Virus record (IMG/VR): IMGVR_UViG_3300042147_000020
Coordinates: 1 to 64,000 of that record
Reading direction: 5' to 3' (one strand)
Length of the DNA stretch: 64,000 nucleotides
In this document: positions 36,601 through 46,524 of the stretch, in pieces
Numbering within the stretch: the first letter of the stretch is position 1
Layout of the letters: each line of letters starts with the position of its first letter
Notes under the pieces: model-generated
Seen by the model: the letters and a program-made list of their open reading frames with translations, nothing else
Database searches by the model: none
What the model was told of the DNA's origin: nothing
Made by a program: the position numbers and the translations under genes

Positions 36601-37722
36601 ATGGCTAAAACTATCAAAGACGTGTTAAGCGTCATTCAAAAATCAGGTGGGTTCGGAGCACTGGACCAAGCTGCCATCAACAACATGAAGGGCATCAACC
36701 ACCGAGGTTACGGAAGTCCGTTACCGGGCAACAAAGATAACTACGGTCTGACGTTCTTTACACGCCCTAACCTGAACTTGTCATACGATAATATCGCAAG
36801 TCGCCGTATTCTCACGCCTTTGCTCGACGGTGATGGCTTAGCGTCCAACACTTATCAGCGAGCAATTCGCATGACACTTGATCCGTATCTCGGAGACCCG
36901 GCGATGTACAAAACCGGTGACCCCAATCGGGCACTCAAGATGTTGACGACAGAGCTGATTGATCAGAAGAATGCGTTCATCCCTCTGTTGACAAACAACC
37001 TACTTTCGATCAGTGGTTGGCCAGACTTGCAGGTTGAAACATTCACCTCCACTCCAGGCAACTACCAAGAATCATGGGCAATGGTTGACAGTGGCTCACG
37101 CTTCTTCGAGTCGTACGAAATCCAAGCCAACTTCAGAAACATTGAAGGTGATCCGATCTCGGCGTTGTTCTCTACTTGGTTACACTATATGTCAGGGGTT
37201 TATGAGGGATCTATGGTTCCTTACCCGATCAATCTGGCTGAGCGACGCATTGATTACCAGACCCGGATCTACCGGCTCGTACTCGATACATCCCGTCGTT
37301 ACGTTCAAAAGATTGCGGCCTGTGGTGCAGCCTTCCCAGTGAACTCTCCGTTGGGCAACTCGTTCAACTATTCGATCGAAGGGCTCCCTTACAACCAAGA
37401 CAATGATCAGATCTCTATCCGCTTTAAAGCGTTGGGTGCTGACTACTTGGACCCGATCACCATTCAAGAGTTCAACGCTGTGGTGCAGATCTTCAACCCA
37501 CAGATGAAAGGGGATGACTCTGACCGTAGCAAGACGTATCGCAAAGCTTCGTACGAAGAACTCAAAGCCTACAACTACCAAGGCTATCCACGCATCGACC
37601 CTGAGTCACATGAACTCCAGTGGTGGATTGACAAGAACCAAGGCGACAAGACGGCTGTCGGCGTGAAGAATGCTATCTCAGGTATCGACTACTCCCAAAT
37701 GACCGCCCTACTGAAAGGCTAA
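36601..37722 (+). CDS. Virion structural protein (possibly tail-tube-fold / baseplate)
   Basis: 373 aa; FFTRPNLNL...IDYQTRIYRLVLD...GAAFP. Confidence 0.6.
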   Translation: MAKTIKDVLSVIQKSGGFGALDQAAINNMKGINHRGYGSPLPGNKDNYGLTFFTRPNLNLSYDNIASRRILTPLLDGDGLASNTYQRAIRMTLDPYLGDPAMYKTGDPNRALKMLTTELIDQKNAFIPLLTNNLLSISGWPDLQVETFTSTPGNYQESWAMVDSGSRFFESYEIQANFRNIEGDPISALFSTWLHYMSGVYEGSMVPYPINLAERRIDYQTRIYRLVLDTSRRYVQKIAACGAAFPVNSPLGNSFNYSIEGLPYNQDNDQISIRFKALGADYLDPITIQEFNAVVQIFNPQMKGDDSDRSKTYRKASYEELKAYNYQGYPRIDPESHELQWWIDKNQGDKTAVGVKNAISGIDYSQMTALLKG

Positions 37723-40644
37723 ATGATGGCTACTACCTCAGTCACAGACTTGATGGCGCAGATTGACGCCGTCCGCTTCAACCCTTCGGCTATCCATCAG
37801 CTCTCGCTGAAGTTGCTGGAGGAAGTCCGTAATGGAGAACGAGTGGTAGTTGATCCGACTAACCCGTTCATGTTCCTCCTCGAAACCAGTGCTGTAAACG
37901 TGGCGGCTGCGATGGCTGCTAACGAAGCTAACACCCGGAAACAATACGGTGTGATGGCGCTGACTGAAGACGAGATCTACCACCACATGTCCGACAAGGA
38001 CTATTTGGATCGGTTCGCTAAACCGTCCCGTACTACTATTACGATTCTGGTGAGTCGTGAAGAGATTATGGCCCGTGCTGTAGCGACTGGTCAGGGTGGG
38101 ATGCGTAAGTTGGTGATTCCTCGACACAGTGAGTTTACTGTCGCAGGTTATCAGTTCACGATGCAATACCCGATTGAAATGCGGGTCATGGCAAACGGTG
38201 GCTTGCAGATCATCCATGACGTATCACGTCAGTCTCCTTTAATGAGCCTGCCGTCTAACGTGGTGGATTACTCGTTGGCGAACATTGATGGTACGATCTA
38301 CCTGATGATCAAGGCTCCGGTCTTGCAGATGAAGATCGACGTCAAGTATCCGAAGATGACTTCTGCTTCGGTATTCGATACCCGTTACGACTTCAACAAT
38401 AAGTATCACTTTGCTCGCGTTTATCAAGCGAGTGCAACCGGTGAATGGGTGGAGATGAAGACCACTCACTCAGACCAAGTCTTCGACCCCCTCACACCCA
38501 CTGCGGTACTGCGGGTGTACGACGGTAAGTTGCGGGTCAGTATCCCATTGATCTATCAGTCAGCAGGCTTGATTGACTCTGAGCTGCGTGTGGAGATCTA
38601 TTCCACCGTTGGTCCACTGAACCTGATCCTGAACAACTACGAACCCGGTGCGTACACCGCTCGTTGGGTCGATCTGGATGCTGATGACAGTGGTATGTAC
38701 TCTGCCCCTCTGGCTCAGTTGAACGCGATCTCTGTGTTCTCTGACTCGGTCGTAGCCGGTGGTGAAGAAGCCTTGTCGTTTGATGCCTTGCGTGAACGTG
38801 TTCTGATGAACAGCTTGGGGGCTCAACAGCTTCCAATCACCAACGCTCAAGCGACTTCGAAGTTGGCGAACTTGGGTTACAACCTGACTGTCAACTTGGA
38901 TACCGTGACCAACCGTCAGTTCTTGGCGACACGTATCCTGCCTCCGCCGACTGATGGTTCTGTGATCTCTGGCGTGGCTTCCACGATTGCTACGTATCAG
39001 GCCTCGTTCGACGACCTCAAGCAGCACCCTGACATCCGCAACAACGGGCAACGACTGACGATCACCCCTAAGGTACTCTTCGAGGGTAACAACGGTCTGT
39101 ATCACGTTGTACCGAAGCCTACGGTCGATGGACTACTGGCTCTGCGGGGTAGCGATGCCTTTATCTCCACGATTGAGGAATCGAAGTATCTGGCGTCACC
39201 ATTCTACTACGTGTGGGACATCAATGACGACCTGTTTGATTGCCGGATGTATCACCTCGACTCACCTGAGATCGAGTCCAAAGTGTTTGTTCAAGAGAAC
39301 GATACGACTGGACTCGTGGTAGCCACGGCGATGCAAGGCTTGGAGAAAACTGATGACGGCTACCGTCTGGTGATCAAGACCAAGTCGAGTGAAGAATGGA
39401 AAGCTTTGCGGGACGATCAAGTCTTCGTACAGCTCGCCTTCCAAGCTCAAGGGGAGAGCACTCGGGCGTATCTGAACGGTACACTGCTCGGTCGTGACGT
39501 GGACACTCAGGAACGGATCTACGAGTTCTTGATCAACACTAACTACGACGTGAGTGCGTCCGATGGTTTGATGATCACCAACTTCAACATCTTCGGTATC
39601 AATCAGAACTGCCCAATTGATCTGACGGCTACCTTCGACCTGATGTACTGCGTGACTGACTACTACTACCTCGACATGCGCAGTTCGGACATCGACAACA
39701 TTGTCGGTACGGCACTGCTCCCTGACGGTTTCGTGGGGATGATTCACGAGCAATTGAACATTCAATTGGGTCACACCCTGTCGACCTTCTGGATGAACAA
39801 CCGGTCAGTGGTCGGTACGGCTGAGTATCTGGTTCACCCGGTGGACGTCTACGCTACCTACGAGCAGAACGTTTACGAGCGTGATCCAATCACCAACACT
39901 ATTAAGGTGGAGATGGTTGAGGGGGCTGCGGTCTTTAACATCCTCCATAACGCTGGTGATTTCATTCTGGACGTGAATGGGGAGAAGACCTTCAAACACC
40001 GTAAAGATGAAGTGGTGTTGGACAACAACGGCAGTCCGGTGATTGCAAACCCTCGTGGAATGCTACGTCAGACGGATCTGTTCTTGATGGACGGCCTGTA
40101 CTACTTCGCTACTGACCCAGTGGCTCGTGCTTACGCCGCTTCTGTTCCGGACACGATCGTGGATTGGTTGGAGGAAGACATTGCTCCGATCGCTAAAGGA
40201 CTGTTGGAACAGTCTGAGTTGTTCTTCCACCCTCAGGTCACTTCCGGTAACACGAATGCCCTAGTGTTGGAAGGCTTCGAGGTCGAGATCGAAACCGAAC
40301 AAGCCCTGACTGTGAAGTACTACATGACGGACGCTGGCTACAAGAACGCCGAGCTACGCACCAGCTTGACGACCACTGCTATTGAAGTCATCAACAATGC
40401 CTTTGCCAACTCTTCTGTGGTGGTTAAAGACATTGCCAGTAAGATTCAGTTGGCTGCGGGTGATGACGTTATCACCGTGTCCGTACAGGGTCTGGGTGGC
40501 GGTGTTCCTGGCTACGACATTGTTACCCTCACGAATCAATCTGCACGACTGGGTGTCAAGAAGAAACTCTTGAACTTGGCCGATGGTTCGTACACCGTGG
40601 AAGACGATGTTGAAGTGTTGTTCCTGAAGCACCGCGAAAGCTGA
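37723..40644 (+). CDS. Large virion structural protein (possibly baseplate wedge-like)
   Basis: 973-aa ORF directly following the previous gene. Confidence 0.6.
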   Translation: MMATTSVTDLMAQIDAVRFNPSAIHQLSLKLLEEVRNGERVVVDPTNPFMFLLETSAVNVAAAMAANEANTRKQYGVMALTEDEIYHHMSDKDYLDRFAKPSRTTITILVSREEIMARAVATGQGGMRKLVIPRHSEFTVAGYQFTMQYPIEMRVMANGGLQIIHDVSRQSPLMSLPSNVVDYSLANIDGTIYLMIKAPVLQMKIDVKYPKMTSASVFDTRYDFNNKYHFARVYQASATGEWVEMKTTHSDQVFDPLTPTAVLRVYDGKLRVSIPLIYQSAGLIDSELRVEIYSTVGPLNLILNNYEPGAYTARWVDLDADDSGMYSAPLAQLNAISVFSDSVVAGGEEALSFDALRERVLMNSLGAQQLPITNAQATSKLANLGYNLTVNLDTVTNRQFLATRILPPPTDGSVISGVASTIATYQASFDDLKQHPDIRNNGQRLTITPKVLFEGNNGLYHVVPKPTVDGLLALRGSDAFISTIEESKYLASPFYYVWDINDDLFDCRMYHLDSPEIESKVFVQENDTTGLVVATAMQGLEKTDDGYRLVIKTKSSEEWKALRDDQVFVQLAFQAQGESTRAYLNGTLLGRDVDTQERIYEFLINTNYDVSASDGLMITNFNIFGINQNCPIDLTATFDLMYCVTDYYYLDMRSSDIDNIVGTALLPDGFVGMIHEQLNIQLGHTLSTFWMNNRSVVGTAEYLVHPVDVYATYEQNVYERDPITNTIKVEMVEGAAVFNILHNAGDFILDVNGEKTFKHRKDEVVLDNNGSPVIANPRGMLRQTDLFLMDGLYYFATDPVARAYAASVPDTIVDWLEEDIAPIAKGLLEQSELFFHPQVTSGNTNALVLEGFEVEIETEQALTVKYYMTDAGYKNAELRTSLTTTAIEVINNAFANSSVVVKDIASKIQLAAGDDVITVSVQGLGGGVPGYDIVTLTNQSARLGVKKKLLNLADGSYTVEDDVEVLFLKHRES

Positions 40645-40645
40645 C

Positions 40646-40685
40646 GGCATAGAGAGGCTCCCGCAAAGGAGCCTCTCTTTATGCC
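40646..40685. terminator. Bidirectional terminator
   Basis: GGCATAGAGAGGCTCC-CGCAAA-GGAGCCTCTCTTTATGCC between convergent genes. Confidence 0.8.
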
Positions 40686-40686
40686 C

Positions 40687-41919
40687 TTACTTCTTGTTCA
40701 GCTCACGCAGCTTGTTCTTAACGTCAGAGTCGCTAGAACTTACAATCGCTGCAACCATCGCCGAATTGGTAGTGCCTGCTGCACGGTTAGCCAATTCAAC
40801 AATCTTGTTACGCTGAGCAATGATGCGACCCGTCAGTCCGTAGAACATCCGAACCACATCCATCATCCGACGCATGGAAGTGATGCACTGGCGCAAGGCC
40901 TTGTCCACATCCACACCGACGTTCTTGTTGAAGGTCATCCCGTCCAAGCGTTTGATTTCCTTCTCGAGGGTTTCCAGATGCTTCTCTGGTTTAACCTTAC
41001 CGAGTGGACAGCTTTCCACCTTGAAGCCTGCGATGTCTTTCACGGTTTTGTCACCGTTGAAACCCGCATGTGCCGCTTGACCCATCTGACTGACGATATG
41101 ATCGTTGATCTCACGCATGTCAGCTTGGTAGTTCACCGGTGACGAGGTTACTCGAAGGATCGGAATGAACAGGCTACGGATCGCAGGATCGTCATCGTGG
41201 ATTTCGATACTGTTGAGGGTCGTCATGACACGAGCAGCAGCCATGTGGTCGCCACCGTTGTCCTTACGACCTTCTTTCTCGATCAGACCAGCCATCAAGT
41301 GCATCTTTTTGATGATGTCCGCGAAGGTTTTATCAGCACCACCGATCGTGCGTGTGATCGCACCACCGTCCATGACGTCACGCAGAATTGGATTCCACAT
41401 GCCAGCCATTTCGGTGTAGATCGGTTCAACCCGCTCAGACTTGCGACGCTCGAAGTCAGACTTCATTTCCGAAGTCATCAAACGAGAGATCTGCTCGTTC
41501 TTCTTCACCGTCTCAGACAGTGTAGCGCCAGCCTTGATCGCGGAGTCAGTTGCTTTGTCCCCACCTTTAAAGATAGAGATCAACCAAGCGATGATCTTGG
41601 CGAACAGGGCCGTACACGCCACCACCGCAGCAGCAATCAGAGCAACAGCGCCGAGTTTAATCGACTCCATGGCAATCTGATAGTTGGTGTGCGTTGGGTT
41701 CTTGGTGAACGAGTTGAGCTTCACGTCAGCAGGCAGCAAGTGCATGGCTGGGCGAATCATCTTCTGCGAAACACCTTGAGCGGTTGTCATGTCGTTGATA
41801 ACCATCTCGATGTCGAGAGCTACCGATTCCAACGAGGCAATCTTCTCTTCTTCATCGAGCGTGTCTGGGGCCTCGGGGAACCCCTTAGAAGTATCTCCGA
41901 AAGTCATGGCGAACTCCAT
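40687..41919 (-). CDS. Internal head protein with a hydrophobic segment after the propeptide
   Basis: ASLE and IAME sites, then AVALIAAAVVACTALFAKIIAWLISIF. Confidence 0.65.
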   Translation of the reverse strand: MEFAMTFGDTSKGFPEAPDTLDEEEKIASLESVALDIEMVINDMTTAQGVSQKMIRPAMHLLPADVKLNSFTKNPTHTNYQIAMESIKLGAVALIAAAVVACTALFAKIIAWLISIFKGGDKATDSAIKAGATLSETVKKNEQISRLMTSEMKSDFERRKSERVEPIYTEMAGMWNPILRDVMDGGAITRTIGGADKTFADIIKKMHLMAGLIEKEGRKDNGGDHMAAARVMTTLNSIEIHDDDPAIRSLFIPILRVTSSPVNYQADMREINDHIVSQMGQAAHAGFNGDKTVKDIAGFKVESCPLGKVKPEKHLETLEKEIKRLDGMTFNKNVGVDVDKALRQCITSMRRMMDVVRMFYGLTGRIIAQRNKIVELANRAAGTTNSAMVAAIVSSSDSDVKNKLRELNKK

Positions 41920-42365
41920 TAGAACACGCTGTTAGCTTTGAACGCTTCCACGAGGTCCTGGTTTTCGTACACGACACGATACTGCTGACCGAGCTGGCAA
42001 GACGCCGGGTCGGTGATCTCACCACACAGGACGAGGTTCTTCAGCAGGCTGGAGACCGCAGGGTGGGTCGATTCGTGAACCAGACGGTAACGGGCGATCC
42101 ACAGTTTGAAGATCAGCTCTTCAACCACGTCCATCTCGATCACGTGTTCTTCGTTGACGCAGTTCAGTGCTTTGCCGATGTTGGCACGCAGGGTGTTACG
42201 GTACCAGCTTTCTGGGGAGTCCAGACGGCTAGTAGGCAACGGCAACTGAGTAGCCAGAGCGTCAGCTACCATCAGGCTGGTAACTTTGCTACGGTCAGCA
42301 AACTGCACCTTACCCCAGTCCAGTTGGTTCTGGATGACGGTAGCGATGGGTTTAATGTCAAGCAT
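41919..42365 (-). CDS. Hypothetical / virion protein
   Basis: 148 aa, coupled to the downstream gene. Confidence 0.7.
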   Translation of the reverse strand: MLDIKPIATVIQNQLDWGKVQFADRSKVTSLMVADALATQLPLPTSRLDSPESWYRNTLRANIGKALNCVNEEHVIEMDVVEELIFKLWIARYRLVHESTHPAVSSLLKNLVLCGEITDPASCQLGQQYRVVYENQDLVEAFKANSVF

Positions 42366-42377
42366 GGGTGGCCCCTA

Positions 42378-43643
42378 TTAAAATTTGAGGTTGGTGAGTT
42401 TTTCAGCGGTCACGAACAGTTGGTTGTTCACCATCTTCTCGAGTTCAACTTGGAACTGGAGTTGCTGGTACTGACGACGACCACCTGGCAGGACGGAGGT
42501 GTAGAACATCTCCATCAGAGTGCGCTTGTCGTCAATGTTCTTGAGCAAGGCGTCAATCGCTTCGATGTCGTCCACCCAGGCCTTACGTTGCGGGGCTGGG
42601 ACTGTCTGATCTTTGAGACCAGCAACCAACTCACGCTTCATACGGGACAGACGAGCACCCGGTTCATCGTAGAGCTTCATGGCTGGGTTGATCAGCAACA
42701 CGAGGAAGATCAGGCCGAAGGTTGGCAGGATCAGTGCGAAGAACAACAGAACACGAATGAGCGTTGCGAACAGGTGAACCGCTGTCGATTGATACGAAGG
42801 GCCACCACCGTAGTGACGATGGATGCGATCCAGACCAGTGGCGAGGTGACGACCAGCACCTTGACGAATGGCGTATTGATCCGCCAGTGCTTCAGTAGCA
42901 GTGATGTCGTACACAGCCGAACCAGTCGAGGACTTGGCTTGCAGGATAGCCTTACGCAACACAACAGTCTGGAATACTTCCTTACTGTTGCAACGAACCA
43001 AGGCCTCTGGGTCTTCGAGGTCGATCTCCAACGCTTTGCACGTTTCGTCCACGATCTGCGTACGTTTGATCAGGTCGTCAGACTTGAAGAACGCTTGGGT
43101 GGCTGCGTGTAAAATTACGTTGGTCGTTAAGGTATGACCGAGGAACTCGTAATAGGTGAACAGGTGACCAATCTCGTGGAGGAAGATCGCAGCACGTTCT
43201 TCGTCGGACATCAGCTTGGTATCAACCAGCCCTCTGTGGACGTAGACTTGATGCTCGATTTCCGAGAACACACCACCGACCTTACCGTGCTGGAGATCAA
43301 CCCAACCCTTAATAATGTCGCTACGTTTGGTCTTGATGAATTTCTTCACATCGGTATTGTCGATGTGGGGCTTCCACCAGTCGTAGATCAACGGATTGTT
43401 CTTATCCACCATCGGCGGAATGACGTAAGCGTTGATGTCGCTAGACTTGTCGAGGTTGAACTTGATCTTCAAACCGGTGTGTTGTTTGACGATTGCTTCA
43501 AACCCAACCCCGGCGACAGCCTTCGGATCAATGCTGGTGAGTCCTCGCAAACGTGCGAAAGCCAACACCAGATCCTTGAAGAACATCTCGTTTTGTACTT
43601 GAATGGCCTCTAGGCCAATGGATAGTCGTTTACTGGATAACAT
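42378..43643 (-). CDS. Zincin-like (HExxH) membrane-associated protein, probably virion-borne
   Basis: AAIFLHEIGH, EALADQYA, LATGL (M48-like pattern); C-terminal hydrophobic hairpin; N-terminal GLE site. Confidence 0.7.
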   Translation of the reverse strand: MLSSKRLSIGLEAIQVQNEMFFKDLVLAFARLRGLTSIDPKAVAGVGFEAIVKQHTGLKIKFNLDKSSDINAYVIPPMVDKNNPLIYDWWKPHIDNTDVKKFIKTKRSDIIKGWVDLQHGKVGGVFSEIEHQVYVHRGLVDTKLMSDEERAAIFLHEIGHLFTYYEFLGHTLTTNVILHAATQAFFKSDDLIKRTQIVDETCKALEIDLEDPEALVRCNSKEVFQTVVLRKAILQAKSSTGSAVYDITATEALADQYAIRQGAGRHLATGLDRIHRHYGGGPSYQSTAVHLFATLIRVLLFFALILPTFGLIFLVLLINPAMKLYDEPGARLSRMKRELVAGLKDQTVPAPQRKAWVDDIEAIDALLKNIDDKRTLMEMFYTSVLPGGRRQYQQLQFQVELEKMVNNQLFVTAEKLTNLKF

Positions 43644-43728
43644 GTCAGCTCCATGGGCGGCGGTTGGGCTGTTAAAAAAGATGACTCATAATGATAGTAT
43701 GGGCTAAACCGGACTAAAGGAAATCACG

Positions 43729-45423
43729 GTGACAGAGCAGAATTACAGCGAAGAAGACATTGTTGGCGTTGAGTGCAAACATGCGGTCTATTGCGTCCCT
43801 CGTGACCGTGATGACCGGGACGATGCCATCTTCGTTAAAGAGGTTGTACACCTCAAAGACGGGCGTCAAATCCCTCGCACCAAACTCGAGGAAAACTACA
43901 AGCGTACGTTTTATCTAGAGCGTAACCAGAACTATCAGGAGAAGAAGACTCAGCAGAAGCTCAGTCGTTTGCAACAGTTCTCCTGTACCCAACGTAACCT
44001 GATGCCTTCTATTGGTCGGGCTCTGGGTCGTGGGAAGCTCAACGGCGGTTTGCGGACGGTGGCTCGTAACCCCTATCTGTACGGTGCGGACATCACCACC
44101 CCAACGTTGCTCAAACAAGACTATCGTGAAAAGTTCCCCAACGGTATCAGTCCTAACAAGGTAGCGGTGTTCGACATCGAGACTGACGTTGTGAACGGTA
44201 CAGGTGACTTGCCGATCTGTATGTCCTTGACGTTTAAGGATCGGGTGTTCCTCGCTGCTACTAAAGAGTGGGTCGGTTCCAATCCACGTTACGTCGAAGA
44301 AGTTCAAGCGGCGGCCAAGAAGTACATTGGCGATCATATCGAAGCCCGTAACATCACGATCGAGATCCAAGTCTGTGAAACGGCTGGTCAGATGATCGTT
44401 GAGACCTTCAAGCGTGCTCACCTGTGGATGCCTGACTTCGTTACCATCTGGAACATCGACTTCGATATTCCAAAGTGCTTGAAGGTCTTGGAGCGTGAAG
44501 GTATTGATCCGGCTCAGGTGTTCTCTGATCCGTCGGTTCCTGAGAAGTACAAGTTCTTCAAGTACAAGCAAGGTTCGGCAACCAAGACCACAGCCACTGG
44601 TCGTATCGACTCGATTCACCCGGCTGAGCGTTGGCACACTGCGGAATGTCCTGCGAGCTTCTTCCTGATCGACTCCATGTGCGTCTACAAGCGCATTCGG
44701 ATGGCGAAACAGAACGAGTCCTCGTACAGCCTTGATGCGGTCATGAAGAAGAACCTGAAGTCCCTAGGGAAGCTCAAGTTCGCTGAGGCAGACGCTTACA
44801 CCGGTTTGCAATGGCACATCTTCATGCAGGAGAACTTCAAGATCGAGTATTCGGTCTACTGTATCTTCGACTGTATCGGTGTTGAGTTGCTGGACGAGAA
44901 GATCAAAGACTTGCAGTTGGTTATTACCACGCAGTCCAAAGCTTCTGAGTACACCATCTACAACTCCCAACCACGCCGTCTGGTAGACGACTACTATTTC
45001 TTCTGTCGTGATCGTGGCTTCATTGTAGCGTCTTGCTCGGATGAGATGGTTCATGAGTTGGACCAGTACGTTACGGACATGAAGGGCTGGATCGTTACCC
45101 TACCGTCTCACCAGTGTGTGGATAATGGGTTGGACATTATTGAAGAGATGCCTAACGTCAGGACGTACATTCGTTCTCACGTAGCCGACTTGGACATTGT
45201 GTCGACGTATCCAAACGTACAGGTGATCCTGAACATCTCGCGTGAGACCACTCGGCGCGAGCTGTACAAGATTGCGGGTTGCCCTGAGCGTATTCAGCGG
45301 ATGGCCGGTATCAACATGACTGGTGGCCACGTGAACGCTGTGGAAATCGTCTGTGCTGTGATGAAGGCTCCTAACTTCGATACGTTGTTGGAAGACTTCA
45401 TGGAAGAGCAAAAAGCGGCATAA
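43729..45423 (+). CDS. Split family-B DNA polymerase subunit (exonuclease plus motif A; phiKZ gp82-like)
   Basis: ExoI FDIETD, ExoII WNIDFDIP, YSLD, ExoIII YCIFD, PolB motif A DLDIVSTYP; motifs B and C absent. Confidence 0.85.
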   Translation: MTEQNYSEEDIVGVECKHAVYCVPRDRDDRDDAIFVKEVVHLKDGRQIPRTKLEENYKRTFYLERNQNYQEKKTQQKLSRLQQFSCTQRNLMPSIGRALGRGKLNGGLRTVARNPYLYGADITTPTLLKQDYREKFPNGISPNKVAVFDIETDVVNGTGDLPICMSLTFKDRVFLAATKEWVGSNPRYVEEVQAAAKKYIGDHIEARNITIEIQVCETAGQMIVETFKRAHLWMPDFVTIWNIDFDIPKCLKVLEREGIDPAQVFSDPSVPEKYKFFKYKQGSATKTTATGRIDSIHPAERWHTAECPASFFLIDSMCVYKRIRMAKQNESSYSLDAVMKKNLKSLGKLKFAEADAYTGLQWHIFMQENFKIEYSVYCIFDCIGVELLDEKIKDLQLVITTQSKASEYTIYNSQPRRLVDDYYFFCRDRGFIVASCSDEMVHELDQYVTDMKGWIVTLPSHQCVDNGLDIIEEMPNVRTYIRSHVADLDIVSTYPNVQVILNISRETTRRELYKIAGCPERIQRMAGINMTGGHVNAVEIVCAVMKAPNFDTLLEDFMEEQKAA

Positions 45424-45427
45424 AAGG

Positions 45428-45468
45428 CAAAAAAAAAAAGAAGGGGGCGTGAGCCTCCTTCTTTATGC
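45428..45468. terminator. Bidirectional terminator
   Basis: A-tract, AAGAAGGGGGC-GTGA-GCCTCCTTCTT, TATGC. Confidence 0.8.
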
Positions 45469-45472
45469 GGTC

Positions 45473-46282
45473 TTAACGCAGGATTGGAAACGGGATCATT
45501 GGACGTTCCATGAGTGCGTCGTAGATGTGCTCGATCTCGTCGAAGGCATCAGAACCATAAGGAATTTCCTGGAGACCACGTAGGAACCCACGGGTGAATA
45601 CAATGTAGTTGTCTTTGCCGAACTGCACCATGATGTAGTGGTCACCTTGGTAGTTGAACACGCGATAACCGAATGGTGGTTCTTCTGGACCCAGTTGAAC
45701 GACGAACTTCAAGAACCGAGGGACGTCACCTTTAGGAGCCATCTCTGGTAACAAGTCCACTTCGTCTGGGGCACCGTAGACCTGTAGGTCGAAGTTAGGT
45801 TGACCGAACCCCTCATCCCAAGTCACCTTCAGTTCCAACTGGATCTCGGTGTTCGGAACTAGGTACTGCCAGATTGCGCAGGTAGGACCGTGACTAACCA
45901 TCTCCAACATGAAGTTCTCGTAGTCGGCGAACTTGCTGATGTCGTGGTCGGGGTATTCGCGGGACTTGCTGGTAGCGAACTTCTTCAGGCCATCCTTACT
46001 CAACCGCCGAGGCATGAACACCACTTCACCGGAAGGGAGGTCATCAGCAAGGCTGGCGATTACGTGGACAGCGTAGTCAGCCGTGGTGATGTAGAACCAA
46101 CGCATACAGTCATGTACAGACTCGAGCGTGGTGCACTTCCATTCCGCTGCCGGATCAGCAGCTTTACTGGACCACAGATTGACGCAGAAGCGGTCTTCGA
46201 AAGCTTTGGCTTGTTCTGGGGTTACGTTGTCCACTACACCTTGGTGGAAGATTTCTGTGAAGTAAGTGGCTGCGTTGTGCAT
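45473..46282 (-). CDS. Hypothetical protein
   Basis: 269 aa, AGGAG RBS. Confidence 0.75.
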   Translation of the reverse strand: MHNAATYFTEIFHQGVVDNVTPEQAKAFEDRFCVNLWSSKAADPAAEWKCTTLESVHDCMRWFYITTADYAVHVIASLADDLPSGEVVFMPRRLSKDGLKKFATSKSREYPDHDISKFADYENFMLEMVSHGPTCAIWQYLVPNTEIQLELKVTWDEGFGQPNFDLQVYGAPDEVDLLPEMAPKGDVPRFLKFVVQLGPEEPPFGYRVFNYQGDHYIMVQFGKDNYIVFTRGFLRGLQEIPYGSDAFDEIEHIYDALMERPMIPFPILR

Positions 46283-46344
46283 GTAGTTCTCCTAAGAACG
46301 AAAGGTTAAGGCATAGCAGGGTGAGTTACCTCACCCTTCTTTAT

Positions 46345-46524
46345 GTTGTCACTCGTATACCCACCGTCCCTCGCAGTTGGGGATGGAGATATGTGGAGCG
46401 TGTGGTGGATAATACACTCGATACCGATAACACCCGTCGAGTGGGGACCGAAGTCGCTCTAAGGGTGGTAGCGGTCGACTACTGGAGACTAGGGCTACTG
46501 TTATTAATAACAGCCCGAGTTGTC
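46345..46524. ncRNA. Candidate structured RNA in an intergenic gap
   Basis: About 180 nt without a credible ORF; ends ACTCG/CGAGT can pair; four internal stems. Confidence 0.4.

Noticed and set aside
43729-45423. Truncated or pseudogenised DNA polymerase
   Set aside because: A split family-B polymerase is normal for phiKZ-like phages; the ORF is intact and has a terminator.
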